Below, piece after piece: positions 9,708 to 20,480 of a stretch of 64,000 bases of DNA. Positions within the stretch are counted from its first letter, which is position 1. Every line of letters starts with the position of its first letter. This stretch comes from Candidatus Latescibacterota bacterium (GTDB lineage Bacteria > Krumholzibacteriota > Krumholzibacteriia > WVZY01): positions 64,001-128,000 of the forward strand of contig CAWBQK010000009.1 in assembly GCA_963791045.1 (NCBI GenBank). The letters run 5' to 3'. Below the pieces are notes generated by a model. The model searched no databases. It was given only the letters and a program-made list of their open reading frames with translations, and had not been told where the DNA came from. The position numbers and the translations under genes were made by a program.

Positions 9708-11270
9708 TCACTCCGACCCACCGCCAGGCACAGAACCGCCAGCCGGCAAGATGATCTTGAATGTGGTCCCCTGCCCTCTCCCGCTTTCCACGTCTATTGT
9801 TCCGCCGTGCAAGAGAATAATGTTTTTGACCATCGCAAGCCCGAGTCCGCTTCCTTCTTCTTTTGTCGTGAAGTACGGATCAAAGATTTTTGCGCGGTGT
9901 GTCTCGTCTACTCCAGAACCGTTGTCCGATACCATCAAAGCAAAATCATCGCGTTCGCGTGTCAGCCGGACACGGATGGCCGGGTCATTGACGTCCCTAA
10001 CGGCGGCCACGGCATTGTCAAGAAGGTTGACGAGAACGCGCCGCATTTGATCCGGGTCGAACGCAAATTCACCAATCCCCGGCTCGACACTCAGCTCGAT
10101 CCCCCGTTGTGCATAGAGTCCCACGACATCGTGGGCAAGGGCGTCAAACGAAGACCGCCTCGGGTTGATGTCGGGCATCCGCGCGAACGACGAGAACTCC
10201 TTTACGAGCCTTTGGAGATGATCGAGTTCTTCGCCGACCACATGGGCGCTTTCTTCAACGAGTTTTTTATAACGCGGGTCGTCACCGTCGTACTGGTCTT
10301 TGAGTTCTTCCACGGTCAGACGGATCGGGAGCAGCGGGTTTTTGATTTCGTGCGCGAGGTGACGCGCCATGTCACGCCACGTAGCCATTCTTTCCATATC
10401 GATGAGACGTCGCTGCTGCCCGTCGAGCCGGGACACCATTGAATTGAAAGCGTCAACGAGCCGCCCAACTTCACCACCCGAACGCTCCTTTAGCCGGAAT
10501 GTCCAGTCACCGGCGGCAACGGCGTCGGCGCCCGCGGCGAGACGCCGGATCGGGTTCGCCATCCTCTCAGCCATAAAAAGCGCCACAAGAAGCGCCAGCA
10601 CCAGAATCACACTGTAAATAATGATAAACGGATAAAAAAAGCTCCGTTTCAAAGTCGGCCTGGTCAATCGGAGCTCGGCAAAGATCTGCCGGCCGCCGAT
10701 GAGTCGGTTGGCATCGTAGAGAAACGCCGGATCCATTTTTGAAAAAAAGATCGCGGCGCCTGGGTCCGAACCAGCGCCGGAGTCGGAAGACGGATACCAG
10801 GCGGCCAGCTGGATCGCCCGGTCCTCGGTATCAAGAAACATGATGTCATCCCGGGACACCGATACGTCTGCCCGTTCGATGAGACCCGTTCCATCGACGA
10901 GATCGAGAAATTCGGGGGTCCTGGTGATCCACCGCGGCGATGTCGGCGCGTCATCGCCCGATCCAAATTCGATAAACACGCAGTGGAGCGTATCGCCTGC
11001 CGACGAGACGACCCCGCCGTCGGACCGCTCTCTTTCCCCCGCCTCAACCCGGTCGACGACATTCACAACCTGTCGCTCGAAGTCCTTGTGGATCCGCAAG
11101 AGGTGCGCGCGCGCCACGGCCGACCCGCTCTTCAGAGCCTCTTCAACCGTCGTGTTCAAACCGACATCAAAACTTTTTTCAAGGAGAGTCTGAACGAGCA
11201 TCGATAGCGGAATCGCCGGCAACAGCGACACCACGAGACACAGGACCACCAGGCGAATGCGTATCGACAT
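9708..11270 (-). CDS. HAMP-domain sensor histidine kinase (NtrY-like)
   Basis: Two TM segments, HAMP, H-box LAHEIKNPL, N-box NLLDNA, DNGSG, GSGLGLA. Confidence 0.92.
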   Translation of the reverse strand: MSIRIRLVVLCLVVSLLPAIPLSMLVQTLLEKSFDVGLNTTVEEALKSGSAVARAHLLRIHKDFERQVVNVVDRVEAGERERSDGGVVSSAGDTLHCVFIEFGSGDDAPTSPRWITRTPEFLDLVDGTGLIERADVSVSRDDIMFLDTEDRAIQLAAWYPSSDSGAGSDPGAAIFFSKMDPAFLYDANRLIGGRQIFAELRLTRPTLKRSFFYPFIIIYSVILVLALLVALFMAERMANPIRRLAAGADAVAAGDWTFRLKERSGGEVGRLVDAFNSMVSRLDGQQRRLIDMERMATWRDMARHLAHEIKNPLLPIRLTVEELKDQYDGDDPRYKKLVEESAHVVGEELDHLQRLVKEFSSFARMPDINPRRSSFDALAHDVVGLYAQRGIELSVEPGIGEFAFDPDQMRRVLVNLLDNAVAAVRDVNDPAIRVRLTRERDDFALMVSDNGSGVDETHRAKIFDPYFTTKEEGSGLGLAMVKNIILLHGGTIDVESGRGQGTTFKIILPAGGSVPGGGSE

Positions 11271-11947
11271 CAGCGCTTCACCTCCACTCCGACAGGCAGC
11301 AACTGTGGGTCAAAAAACTCGGTGCGATACCAGGAACTCCGATTGGCGGAATTCTCCTCGCGTGAAAAGAAGTGGCTTATGAGATCGTTGAGATTCAGCA
11401 CCTGCTCGTGCCATGATTCCTGATCGCCGCCCTGGACGTTGGCGCCGACCCATCCGGCGATCCGTTGCTGATCGCGGCTCCGCAGCGGGTGCACGGCAAT
11501 GCTGAACTTCACCGCGTATTCCGTTCCGGCCGCGGCGTTTTCGACCGGGGCCACAGCCAGTCCCCTCAGGTGCTCCATGGCGTCGATCATTTCCGAGAGC
11601 GTGGAATAGCGCCGTGTTGAATCCACGCTTTCCACAATATAGAAATCATCCCATACATCGTAGCGGAGTTCGAAGGTGTGTAGTCCGCCGCCGAGCAGTT
11701 TGTCGTTCTTGTTGACGAGGTTGTAGAGGACCTCGACAACGGCGGGAAGACCACTTTGCACGGTTCCAACGATTTGATCGGAGAAGAGGCCATCGCTCGT
11801 CACGTCACTCACAATAACGCCGTCGACCACGGACATCGAAGCGCTGCGGATCACGGGACGTTCTCCGGACCCGGCGCCGTACACGGGCGCCCAAAACAGC
11901 ATGAGAATGCTGACAAACGTGGGGAATGCCGATTTGCATACCGTCAT
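11270..11947 (-). CDS. DUF4390-like periplasmic protein
   Basis: Signal peptide, VQSGLP and LRYDVWDD motifs; TGATG overlap with the kinase, matching the known DUF4390-ntrY-ntrX order. Confidence 0.65.
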   Translation of the reverse strand: MTVCKSAFPTFVSILMLFWAPVYGAGSGERPVIRSASMSVVDGVIVSDVTSDGLFSDQIVGTVQSGLPAVVEVLYNLVNKNDKLLGGGLHTFELRYDVWDDFYIVESVDSTRRYSTLSEMIDAMEHLRGLAVAPVENAAAGTEYAVKFSIAVHPLRSRDQQRIAGWVGANVQGGDQESWHEQVLNLNDLISHFFSREENSANRSSWYRTEFFDPQLLPVGVEVKR

Positions 11948-11969
11948 GCGAGTGAGTAAGAACCTCGCT

Positions 11970-13373
11970 TTAATACGAGAAACCCAACAACAAATGAATC
12001 CTGAACGGATCTCCGGTCCGGCCCTCGGACAGAGGTACACCAACATCGAGACCGAGCGTGCCCAGCCAGGGCATGCCCAGGCGGACACCGTATCCAACCG
12101 CCGATTCAACATTACGGAATGAGAAGGACTCATCCCGCTGCCAACCCTGTCCCGCGTCAAAAAAGAAAAGTCCGGTGAGTCGCGGCTGCGGTCCGTGCGA
12201 GCCTATGAGCGGCGTTCTGATTTCAGTATTGATAAGCCAGAAGCCGTCGTTGCCTTCGGCCGGCGACAGGCTCCACTCGTCGAATCCGCGGATTGTGTAG
12301 TTGCCGCCAATGTAAAACCGGTCGTAGTAAGGCGCGTCGCCCGTAACCGCCCCCACCTTCATGCGGGAAGACCAGACCGTTCTTTCCCCGAGTGAGATGT
12401 GTTTGCGAACATCACCCACAACTTTTGTGAAAATCCTGTCGCCGCCGAGAAACGTATCGTTTATCTGGAGGGTCAAAAGCGAGAACGAACCCGAAAGCGG
12501 GTACGCATCGGAATCCCGTGTATCGCGGATCACACGGAAGAAAGCGCCGGTCGTAAGAGTTTTGCCGAGATCATCCTGAAGGGCGGTGGGAAGATCTTCG
12601 GGCGGGAAGTCTTCATCCTCCGACGAGTCGGTGAAAGTGCTGTCGGGTTCACTCGATTCGACATGGAGCCCCATTGAAAATCGTGTCGCACGGCCGACCT
12701 GGTACCGCAATGCAGCCTCCGCGCCGGCCCGCGTAATATCCTGGGTGTAGCGCCGCCAGTCGCTTCCCTGCCATGACGGGCTGCTACCAAAAAAGATGTG
12801 ATTCTGATTGTAAATATGACCACGGATGGAGTACCCGATGCCGCCGCTCTGAGGTATCGGCGTTTCCCATTCGGCGTCGACCCCCGCAATACGAAATCCC
12901 AATCGAAGCCCCAGCCGGAAACGCGATTCGATCCCAAACGCGTTGTCCATTCGAAGACCGAGGAGTGTCAAGAACCAGCCGTAGAGATCGTCGTAACCGA
13001 AACCCGTTTCAAACGACAGGAGCGACCGCTCGCTCACCGCTACGATGAGAACGACCTTGCCGCGCTCGCCTCCCGGACGCGTCGAAAGCTCGACGGCTGA
13101 GAAATATTCAGTGGCAATCAAACGCTCCCGGGCACCGTCCAGGCGATTGACATCGATCTCGTCACCAGGTTCGATATTGATATATCGACGGATGATCTTC
13201 TCAGGCGTTCTGTTGTTGCCGGTGATTTCAATCGACTCGAGACGCAGGACCCGCTCGTCCGACGAATCGCCAACGAGCGAATCCGCGGATGCGTCGGAAG
13301 CCTGAACCGCCCAGGCGATCCCGCCACACAGAAAGACCACAGCGGCTGCGAGCAGGGCGAGGCCGGTTTTCAT
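11970..13373 (-). CDS. Omp85/BamA-TamA family outer-membrane protein with a single POTRA
   Basis: IEITGNNRT POTRA, RFYIGG..TIRGF loop-6 motif, FFDAG, GYGVR, terminal FSY. Confidence 0.85.
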   Translation of the reverse strand: MKTGLALLAAAVVFLCGGIAWAVQASDASADSLVGDSSDERVLRLESIEITGNNRTPEKIIRRYINIEPGDEIDVNRLDGARERLIATEYFSAVELSTRPGGERGKVVLIVAVSERSLLSFETGFGYDDLYGWFLTLLGLRMDNAFGIESRFRLGLRLGFRIAGVDAEWETPIPQSGGIGYSIRGHIYNQNHIFFGSSPSWQGSDWRRYTQDITRAGAEAALRYQVGRATRFSMGLHVESSEPDSTFTDSSEDEDFPPEDLPTALQDDLGKTLTTGAFFRVIRDTRDSDAYPLSGSFSLLTLQINDTFLGGDRIFTKVVGDVRKHISLGERTVWSSRMKVGAVTGDAPYYDRFYIGGNYTIRGFDEWSLSPAEGNDGFWLINTEIRTPLIGSHGPQPRLTGLFFFDAGQGWQRDESFSFRNVESAVGYGVRLGMPWLGTLGLDVGVPLSEGRTGDPFRIHLLLGFSY

Positions 13374-13404
13374 GAGTACATAATTGCGCATAAATCCCTG
13401 ATAT

Positions 13405-13420
13405 CGCAAGGGTTATGCCA
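13405..13420 (-). promoter_or_regulatory. Sigma-54 promoter heading the Omp85-DUF4390-kinase-regulator operon
   Basis: Minus strand TGGCATA-ACCC-TTGCG with GG-N10-GC spacing. Confidence 0.75.
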
Positions 13421-13605
13421 TCCATGGGCACGACGCAAAAACCACGTAACTTAATTTCCTTTAATGACTTATAAATCGAGCGGGCGGGGACGTCAATCAC
13501 CATTCGCCCAATAGTGTGAAAAATATACACACCTGCGTGCGGAGGTGGAACGGTGGCTTTTTGACCGGGAGAAGGACCTCCCGGTGCGGGCGGCCCGGGA
13601 TGATT

Positions 13606-14580
13606 TCAACCGTTTTTGGCTTTGCCGCCATCGTCGGAGGGATAGCGCGACTCCATCGATGTCAGAAAGCGAACGCCGTAGCGCTCGACGACCTGAACAC
13701 GACCCATCCGCGAAAGCTCGGCGAGCGCGTCATCGACCTGGTCTTCCGACCACCTCGCCAGCGCCCGTTTTATTTCGTCCTCGCGGGTCGGATGCCGGCT
13801 GACGATATCAGTAATCGCGTCGACCACCGAGTCGAAACCGGCGAGATCGAGATCCACCGCGGCGGGATGGACAACATTTGCCGTGTCGCCAAGAATGGCC
13901 AGCGCGCGCAGAAGACCATCTTCACCGGGCGGTTCAATCCACGTCTCGGCGGGTGGCCGCGATGGAAGATTGATGTGGACGAGATCGGGACTCAACCGCC
14001 GGAGAATACCGGCGATGTCGCGGAGTGCCTCTTCGGTATCGTTCAAGTCTCTCATCAGCATCACTTCGGGCCAGAACTTCCCCTGGTAATCCGCGCGAAA
14101 GGCTACGAGCCCCTCGACATACGCTTCAAACGAAGTCCCGGGATGCGGCCGGTTAATCTTTTTGAACATCTCGGGGGACCCCGCATCGATCGAAGGCATC
14201 ACGGCATCCACACCGAGAATTGCCACCCGGACTTCAGGAATCGAGAGCAGCGCCCCATTGGTGAACATCGCCACGGGTATATCGGTCTTCTCTTTGAGTC
14301 GGTCTACGAGTTCACCGATGTGTAAATGGAGGAGAGATTCACCAGACCCCACAATCGACACCCAATCGATATCGCCCGGCTTGTGTTTATTGAGGGCGGA
14401 CTCGAACTCGGCGATCATGTCGTCGACCGGCGCGTAGTCTTTGCGATCGTTCACGAGCGGCGTGCTCCGCCCCAACTGGCAGTACACACAGTTCCAGTTG
14501 CAGGTCTTCATCGGAATGGGGTCAATGCCGAGCGACTTTCCCAGTCGCCGCGACGGCACGGGACCAAACACATATTTCAT
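13606..14580 (-). CDS. Radical SAM protein (COG0731/TYW1-like family)
   Basis: FGPVPSRRLGKSLGID N-terminus; CNWNCVYC CxxxCxxC motif. Confidence 0.9.
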   Translation of the reverse strand: MKYVFGPVPSRRLGKSLGIDPIPMKTCNWNCVYCQLGRSTPLVNDRKDYAPVDDMIAEFESALNKHKPGDIDWVSIVGSGESLLHLHIGELVDRLKEKTDIPVAMFTNGALLSIPEVRVAILGVDAVMPSIDAGSPEMFKKINRPHPGTSFEAYVEGLVAFRADYQGKFWPEVMLMRDLNDTEEALRDIAGILRRLSPDLVHINLPSRPPAETWIEPPGEDGLLRALAILGDTANVVHPAAVDLDLAGFDSVVDAITDIVSRHPTREDEIKRALARWSEDQVDDALAELSRMGRVQVVERYGVRFLTSMESRYPSDDGGKAKNG

Positions 14581-14763
14581 CGGTCATCTCCCAACTGATT
14601 GTTGCAGTCGAAGCGGCGGCACGAGTCTGCCCTTAATTGCCCCCGAGTATAGTACGTCGAATAGACCCGAAGCAACCCCAGGCACGGGCCTTCGGCAATT
14701 CGCGCTGGACGCGGCCGCCAAGGAAAAGCGACAATGACACAACCTCCAACCTGAGAATAAATA

Positions 14764-16722
14764 ATGATCGGCGCATTTCTCATCATATTTCTGTCGGCCG
14801 TCGTCTCGATGCGGCTCAAGAGACAACCCGCGGCGGCCCGAACAGCGCTCGGTTTCGCCGTTGGAATCGGCGCGCCGATCCTGGCCATATCGGCGCTGGG
14901 ACGCGTCGGCATCCATGCAGGCACCTTCACGGTAATCGGTGTGTTCGTCGTCATCACCGGTCTCGTTCTCGCCATCACCACCCGATATAAAGACGAAGAA
15001 GACGATACACGCTGGCTTGGCGTCTACGCGGTGTCTTTTCTCATCGCGGCGATCACGGCGCTGGTCGGCCGCTCGCCCACTATCGGCGTTCTCGTCGATC
15101 CATGGGCGCACATGGCGTGGAGCCGCGATCTCACAACGGCACACACATTCTACCCGCCCGGACTTCCGGCTCTCGATGCCATTCTACGGACGGATCACGG
15201 CCTGGCCGGCGCTTTTCGCATGGCGCCCACGATTCTCCATGCCGCGCTTGCCGCTCAGTTTCTTGCGCTCGGCGAGTGTGTCAAAAGCAAGAATCGGTCG
15301 GCCGCTCCGGCAATCGGGCTTCTCGTATCGCTCGCCGCCATCGCGTACCTGATCGTTCCGGTGGCGTTTGGCAAGTTTGATCCTCCGCGCCCGGAGCTCA
15401 TGGCCGCCGTCTTTGTCACCGCTTCGTGGTGGATGATCGTCGCCAGGGGGAAAAGCCTCGCGTTCAGGAGCATCACGCTGGGGTTTTTCACATGCGCCGC
15501 ATTCGTCACCCATTTCAGTAATCTCGAAATCGCGCACATCATCGCGCTTGGCCTGACAATCGCGTTCGGCAGTTCGGGGACTCCCATCCGCCGGCTGCTC
15601 CTTCTTCTCGGATCCATTGCGATGGGGCTTGCCGTGTCCCTCGCCATTTCTCCTTGGCCGTTGACTCTCATTTTCAATCGGGACGCACTTCCGTACGCCG
15701 CGGTGTTCCACAGCAACGTCACCATTCCGTCCCCGCTCGCAATCGCGAGAATGTACGGGCTGGGCTTGAGCGTGGCCGGGGCGGCGTGTGCCCTGTGGAT
15801 CGTTCTGAATCTCCCAACGGCATATCGCCTGGTGAAAAGCGCCCTTGTTGGTTTGTGCGTCTTTGGAGTCGTTGTGGTGCTGCCTCTTTTCGCGGCCGCA
15901 TTGGGGATAAACATCCCGATATCGCTCGCCGCTTACCGGTTTTTCTTGGCCGCCGCACTACCTCTCGCAATCCTGATCGGGCTGACATCGTCTCTCACGC
16001 GGAGACGGCCCGCCGCGGGGATGATCGTGGCAGCGGTGTGTTTTTGTTTTCTTGCACTCGATGTCACCCTGCGGGCGGTCCTCACGCCGCTTCTCGTCCT
16101 GGCCACCGCGGCCCTCGTCGCCGGCTGGTGGACGCTCACACGGACACAGACAACCCGACGTCTGGGGTTGGCCGCCGCTCTCGCGCTAATCGCCGCCACC
16201 GCGATTCGCATCGCCATTTGGTTGCCGCAGCCTCCCTCCGAAGCGACATGGCTCAACAAAAACGGCGATCCACATATGACCGTAGTAACCAACTGGCCGC
16301 TCACCAACGCGCTCGATGCATTGGTCGACCAACCTGTCATCGACGGTCTGGCGGGAAACGACGGCAATGTCGCACGACACCGTTCGATGGTGTTGTCGCC
16401 ACTCCATGACCGTATTGACTGGTGCGGGGACGATTCGGCAACAAGCGTCGAAAGCCTGATCGAAACTCTCGAAGAGCTCGAGGCCCTGCCCGCATATCTC
16501 ATAGTGGGAAATCGGTTCGCCGAATCCTGGCGTTTGTATTCCGAACAGCACGCCAGAAGAATCGACATGGGCGATATCGAGGATCATCCGTTCTACGCCG
16601 CCCCACCCTGCGAGGAACCACCGGCCGATCGAATTACAAGAATTCGCGCGGCCATCGCGGCCCACGACAGGACCTCCCTCGAGTTCGACGACGAAGGCGT
16701 CACGGTGTATCGCGTCGAATAA
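14764..16722 (+). CDS. Polytopic membrane protein, function unknown (GT-C-like topology possible)
   Basis: More than 12 hydrophobic segments, DPWAH and YPPG loop motifs, soluble C-terminal domain. Confidence 0.6.
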   Translation: MIGAFLIIFLSAVVSMRLKRQPAAARTALGFAVGIGAPILAISALGRVGIHAGTFTVIGVFVVITGLVLAITTRYKDEEDDTRWLGVYAVSFLIAAITALVGRSPTIGVLVDPWAHMAWSRDLTTAHTFYPPGLPALDAILRTDHGLAGAFRMAPTILHAALAAQFLALGECVKSKNRSAAPAIGLLVSLAAIAYLIVPVAFGKFDPPRPELMAAVFVTASWWMIVARGKSLAFRSITLGFFTCAAFVTHFSNLEIAHIIALGLTIAFGSSGTPIRRLLLLLGSIAMGLAVSLAISPWPLTLIFNRDALPYAAVFHSNVTIPSPLAIARMYGLGLSVAGAACALWIVLNLPTAYRLVKSALVGLCVFGVVVVLPLFAAALGINIPISLAAYRFFLAAALPLAILIGLTSSLTRRRPAAGMIVAAVCFCFLALDVTLRAVLTPLLVLATAALVAGWWTLTRTQTTRRLGLAAALALIAATAIRIAIWLPQPPSEATWLNKNGDPHMTVVTNWPLTNALDALVDQPVIDGLAGNDGNVARHRSMVLSPLHDRIDWCGDDSATSVESLIETLEELEALPAYLIVGNRFAESWRLYSEQHARRIDMGDIEDHPFYAAPPCEEPPADRITRIRAAIAAHDRTSLEFDDEGVTVYRVE

Positions 16723-16819
16723 ACCAGGGCGCAACCGCGGTCACATTACATTTTCCTCTTTACTGACTCCGCAAAAACGGCTACTCATGGGTGCGAACCC
16801 CAATCAGGAGGAATCAACA

Positions 16820-17449
16820 ATGAGAAAATCACTGACAATTTTTCTGGTGATCTTGTGCATGGCCGCTACGGCGGTAACCACAATCGCCGGGAGCTCCGAA
16901 GAAGACGAGATGAAAGCCCGTCAGGGCCGGGAGAAAATCGATCTCGAGGCGAAATCGACGCTCGAACATCTTTTTGCGGAGAACGAATCCGCCAAAACCC
17001 TGTATGACAAAGCGTACGGATACGCGGTTTTCGACAACCTCAAGCTCTCACTATTCATCTCGGGCGGTGGCGGCAAAGGCGTCGCCGTTGAAAAGGAAAG
17101 CGGAAAACGGACCTACATGAATATGGGAACCGCGGGACTCAACCTCGGTCTGGGCGGCCAGAAATACCAGGTTGTGTTTTTGTTCGAACTCAAAGAAAGG
17201 TTCGACGATTTTGTCGACAAGGGATGGCAGGCCGACGCATCGGCAAACGCCGTCGCGGGCAAGTCCGGAGTAAACGCCGGCGCCAAATTCGTCAACGGGA
17301 TGGCGCTCTACCAGTTTACCGAAGCCGGCCTGATGCTGCAGGCTGACATCGCCGGCACGAAGTACTGGAAAAGCGACAGCCTCAACAAATACCCAAAAGA
17401 AGAGACGGCGGAAGAAGAAGCAGCTGAGGACGCAAAAAAAGACGACTAA
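16820..17449 (+). CDS. Ysc84/SYLF-related secreted protein
   Basis: AGGAGG RBS, signal peptide; AYGYAVF, GGGGKGV, GLGGQKY and GLMLQADIAGTKY motifs. Confidence 0.85.
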   Translation: MRKSLTIFLVILCMAATAVTTIAGSSEEDEMKARQGREKIDLEAKSTLEHLFAENESAKTLYDKAYGYAVFDNLKLSLFISGGGGKGVAVEKESGKRTYMNMGTAGLNLGLGGQKYQVVFLFELKERFDDFVDKGWQADASANAVAGKSGVNAGAKFVNGMALYQFTEAGLMLQADIAGTKYWKSDSLNKYPKEETAEEEAAEDAKKDD

Positions 17450-17476
17450 CACAAGTCGTCTCGACGATCACAAAAT

Positions 17477-17513
17477 CGCCGGTGTATTCCTTATGGGGTA
17501 CGCCGGCGTTTTT
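17477..17513 (+). terminator. Intrinsic terminator between convergent genes
   Basis: CGCCGGTGTATTCC-TTAT-GGGGTACGCCGGCG followed by TTTTT. Confidence 0.75.
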
Positions 17514-17523
17514 ATATATTTCA

Positions 17524-19762
17524 CTAGTTCAGTCCTGCCTTATCGAGAAGGCCGGTGAACCGCGGGTCGGAACGCAAAACATCGAGACCGGGATGAACTC
17601 GCAAAGTCTCCATCCGGTGATCGCGTTCCTCGAAAGCCGAATTGAGCCAAGCGAAGGCCCTGTCACTCTCGCCCAACCCCGCATAGATAAGCGCCACACG
17701 GAATGGCGACACATACCTTTCACCCGACAACTCGAAAAGCTGATCCAAAACGCCGCGGGCACGGTCACCTTCGCCTGAGAGCGAGAAAATGATTCCAAGC
17801 TGAGAGAGGATCAAAGTGTCGCCGTCCCCCGCAAGACTCATCGCCTTTTGCGCCTCATCGATGGCCCTGGCGTACGCCGATCTGTGCGCGTAGGCAAGCG
17901 CGAGGAAATAGTGGGCGATGGCAAAACTGGGGTCCATTTCGAGTGTCTTGCGGAGCTGGTATATCGCCTCGTTATACCGCCGCGCGAAGTAGTACACCTG
18001 ACCGAGGTCGTTGTTGATGATGAGGGAGAGCGGGTCGAGTTCAAGCGCTTTTCTGCCCTCGGCGACCGCTTCGTCGTGCCGCCCCATGTAAGTCAAGAAT
18101 TCGGAGTACCACTGGTGGGCCGTCGCGTAGCTCGGATTCAGTTCGAGCGCACGTTTGTACTCTTTTTCCGCATTCGCCCAGTCCCAATCGTAATTGGCGC
18201 TTATCCACCCGAGCGATGCGTGCGCCTCTGCCAGCGTGTCGTCCAGCTTCGCCGGCTTTCTCCGCGGATGCCCTCGCGCGCGGAAATGCTTCCTTCGGCG
18301 AAAGGTGCCCGTACCACCCAAGCAGGGCGTATGAATCCGCTATCCCCGCATGGGCGATCGCGTAGTCCGGATCCTTGTCGATCGCCTGGCGATAGTACTC
18401 GAGGCTCTTCAGGTAACCGATCTCGGTTCGGAGATTCCAGAAGAACTGTCCCTTGAGATACAGGTTGTACGCTTCGACATCCTCGGTATGGCGTTTGACG
18501 AGAGCTTCTCTTTCGCTCTCCAAAAATTGTGACCCGCAACTTGTTGACGATGGCAAGTGTGATCTCGTCCTGGATGGCGAAAACATCCTCCATCTCGCGA
18601 TCGTACCGCTCGGACCATAGATGATAGCCGTCCGCCGCGTTGATCAAGCTGGGCGGTGATCCGGATCCGGTTCCCCGCTTTGCGGATGCTCCCTTCGAGA
18701 ATCGTTCCGACATTGAGCTTCTGGCCGATCCCGCGAATATCCTCGTTCTGGTCCTTGAACGAAAACGCCGAGGTTCGCGCCACAACCCGGAGCCCCTCGA
18801 CTTTGGCGAGCGCGTTTAATGATTTCTTCGGCAATTCCGTCACAAAGATATTCGAGTTCTTTTTTTCGGCTGACATCGGCAAAGGGAAGAACGGCGATCG
18901 ATTTCTGGAGATCTACGGGAGTAATTACTTTGCGGGGAAGCGGTTCGACGGCAATATTCCCGGGGGCCGTGAGATACTCGAGCATCTCCCCGGCGGTCTG
19001 GAAACGGTCGGCGGGATCTTTTTCCATCGCGTGCTCGACGATCCGCTGAATCGCGTCGGGGACTTCCGGCCGCAGCTGCTCGATCGGCACGGCCTCTTCA
19101 TTTATGACGGAATATACGATCGCCGCGTCGTAATCGCCTTTGAAGGGAAGTTCGCCGGTAAGCATTTCATAGAGGATGACGCCGAGCGACCAAATGTCGC
19201 TGCGGTGGTCCACCTCTCCCCCGCTTCCCTGCTCCGGCGACATGTACGCGGCGGTCCCCACACTCTTTGTCGTCTTAGAAATCTCGGCGCCCCCGACAAT
19301 CTTGGCGAGACCAAAATCCATAATCTTGATCTGGCCGTTGTCGGTGATCATGATATTGGAACTCTTGATATCCCGATGGATGACACCCCGTTTGTGTGCG
19401 GCGTCGAGACCGCGGGCGGCCTGTGCGGCGTATTCGATCGCGGTCGCGATACTCGCCGGGCCCTGCCGCGAGAACTCCCGGATGCTGTGTCCCTCGACAT
19501 AGGCCATCGATATAAAAATGAGGCTTTCGTCTTCGTCGATTTCGAAAATGGTGCAGATATTGGGGTGATCCAGCGCCGCGGCGGCCTGCGCCTCCCGGAT
19601 GAACCGCTCCCTGTGCTCCGTGTTCTCGAACGCGTGCGGCTGGAGAAATTTTAATGCCACCGGACGTTTGAGCCTTTCGTCCTCGGCCTTATACACGACT
19701 CCCATTCCGCCCTCACCGAGCTTCTCGAGAATCCTGTAATGAGATATTGTTCGTCCAATCAT
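17524..19762 (-). pseudogene. Ser/Thr protein kinase + TolB-like + TPR protein, broken by four +1 frameshifts (probably sequence errors)
   Basis: LGEGGMG, HRDIKSSN, DFG, then [24 protein letters not shown] and TPRs spread over five ORF pieces; extra bases near 18816, 18646, 18527 and 18253. Confidence 0.85.
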
Positions 19763-20045
19763 GATATTGGCGCTATCGTCAGATGACTATGGGCGGGGTA
19801 TAGCGGTGATCAATCCACACATCATAATATACGTCTATTGTAGCAAGAAGGTTCCAGAGAGTCAAAAACGGTGAAGGCCTGCGGAGAAAGCGCAAAACTC
19901 GCCTCGCGAGCAATTTCGCCCAGCACCGCCACCAATGCAAGACCGCAACTGTTGCTTCGATAATAGCTTACAATGCTAAATAAATTTACGTCTTTTTATC
20001 CGTTGGGCGCGGTTGTACCATGTTCTGTGTAACCGAAAGGACATC

Positions 20046-20408
20046 ATGAAATCCGCAACACGCCGTTCAACCGCAACTCTGCCGTTTGTCTTCGTCGTCG
20101 CAGCCCTCATTGTCGCCCAGGCAATGACCGGCTGCACGCACTACGGAGACCCGCGCGCCGAACTGATCGTCACGTCAAACAGGGATGACGCGACGATTTA
20201 CCTCGTCCCGATTGACAAAGAGCTCGTCAAACCGCTCACTTCCAAAGCTCTCAAGCAGTACAACATCGGCTCCACGTCTTCACCACGCGGGATATGGGTC
20301 AATCACGGGTACTACTGGCTGGTGCTCGAAGACAAGGGAACCTGGTCGGGGCCGATCGAATTCGAGGTGCGGCTGGACAATCTCAACAAGGTCCACGTGG
20401 ATTTTTGA
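20046..20408 (+). CDS. Small lipoprotein (PEGA-like fold possible)
   Basis: AAAGGA RBS, lipobox MTGC, LIVTSN..DATIY motif. Confidence 0.65.
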   Translation: MKSATRRSTATLPFVFVVAALIVAQAMTGCTHYGDPRAELIVTSNRDDATIYLVPIDKELVKPLTSKALKQYNIGSTSSPRGIWVNHGYYWLVLEDKGTWSGPIEFEVRLDNLNKVHVDF

Positions 20409-20442
20409 CCGAACGGTGGGAGACGGGGTGGAATCGCGCCAA

Positions 20443-20480
20443 TCGAGGATCTTGTAATGGGAGATCGTCTTGCCGATCAT
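20443..20480 (-). pseudogene. 5' stub of a third Ser/Thr kinase gene
   Basis: ATGATCGGCAAGACGATCTCCCATTACAAGATCCTCGA encodes MIGKTISHYKIL, ATGA-coupled to the stop of the upstream kinase; homology then ends. Confidence 0.8.
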
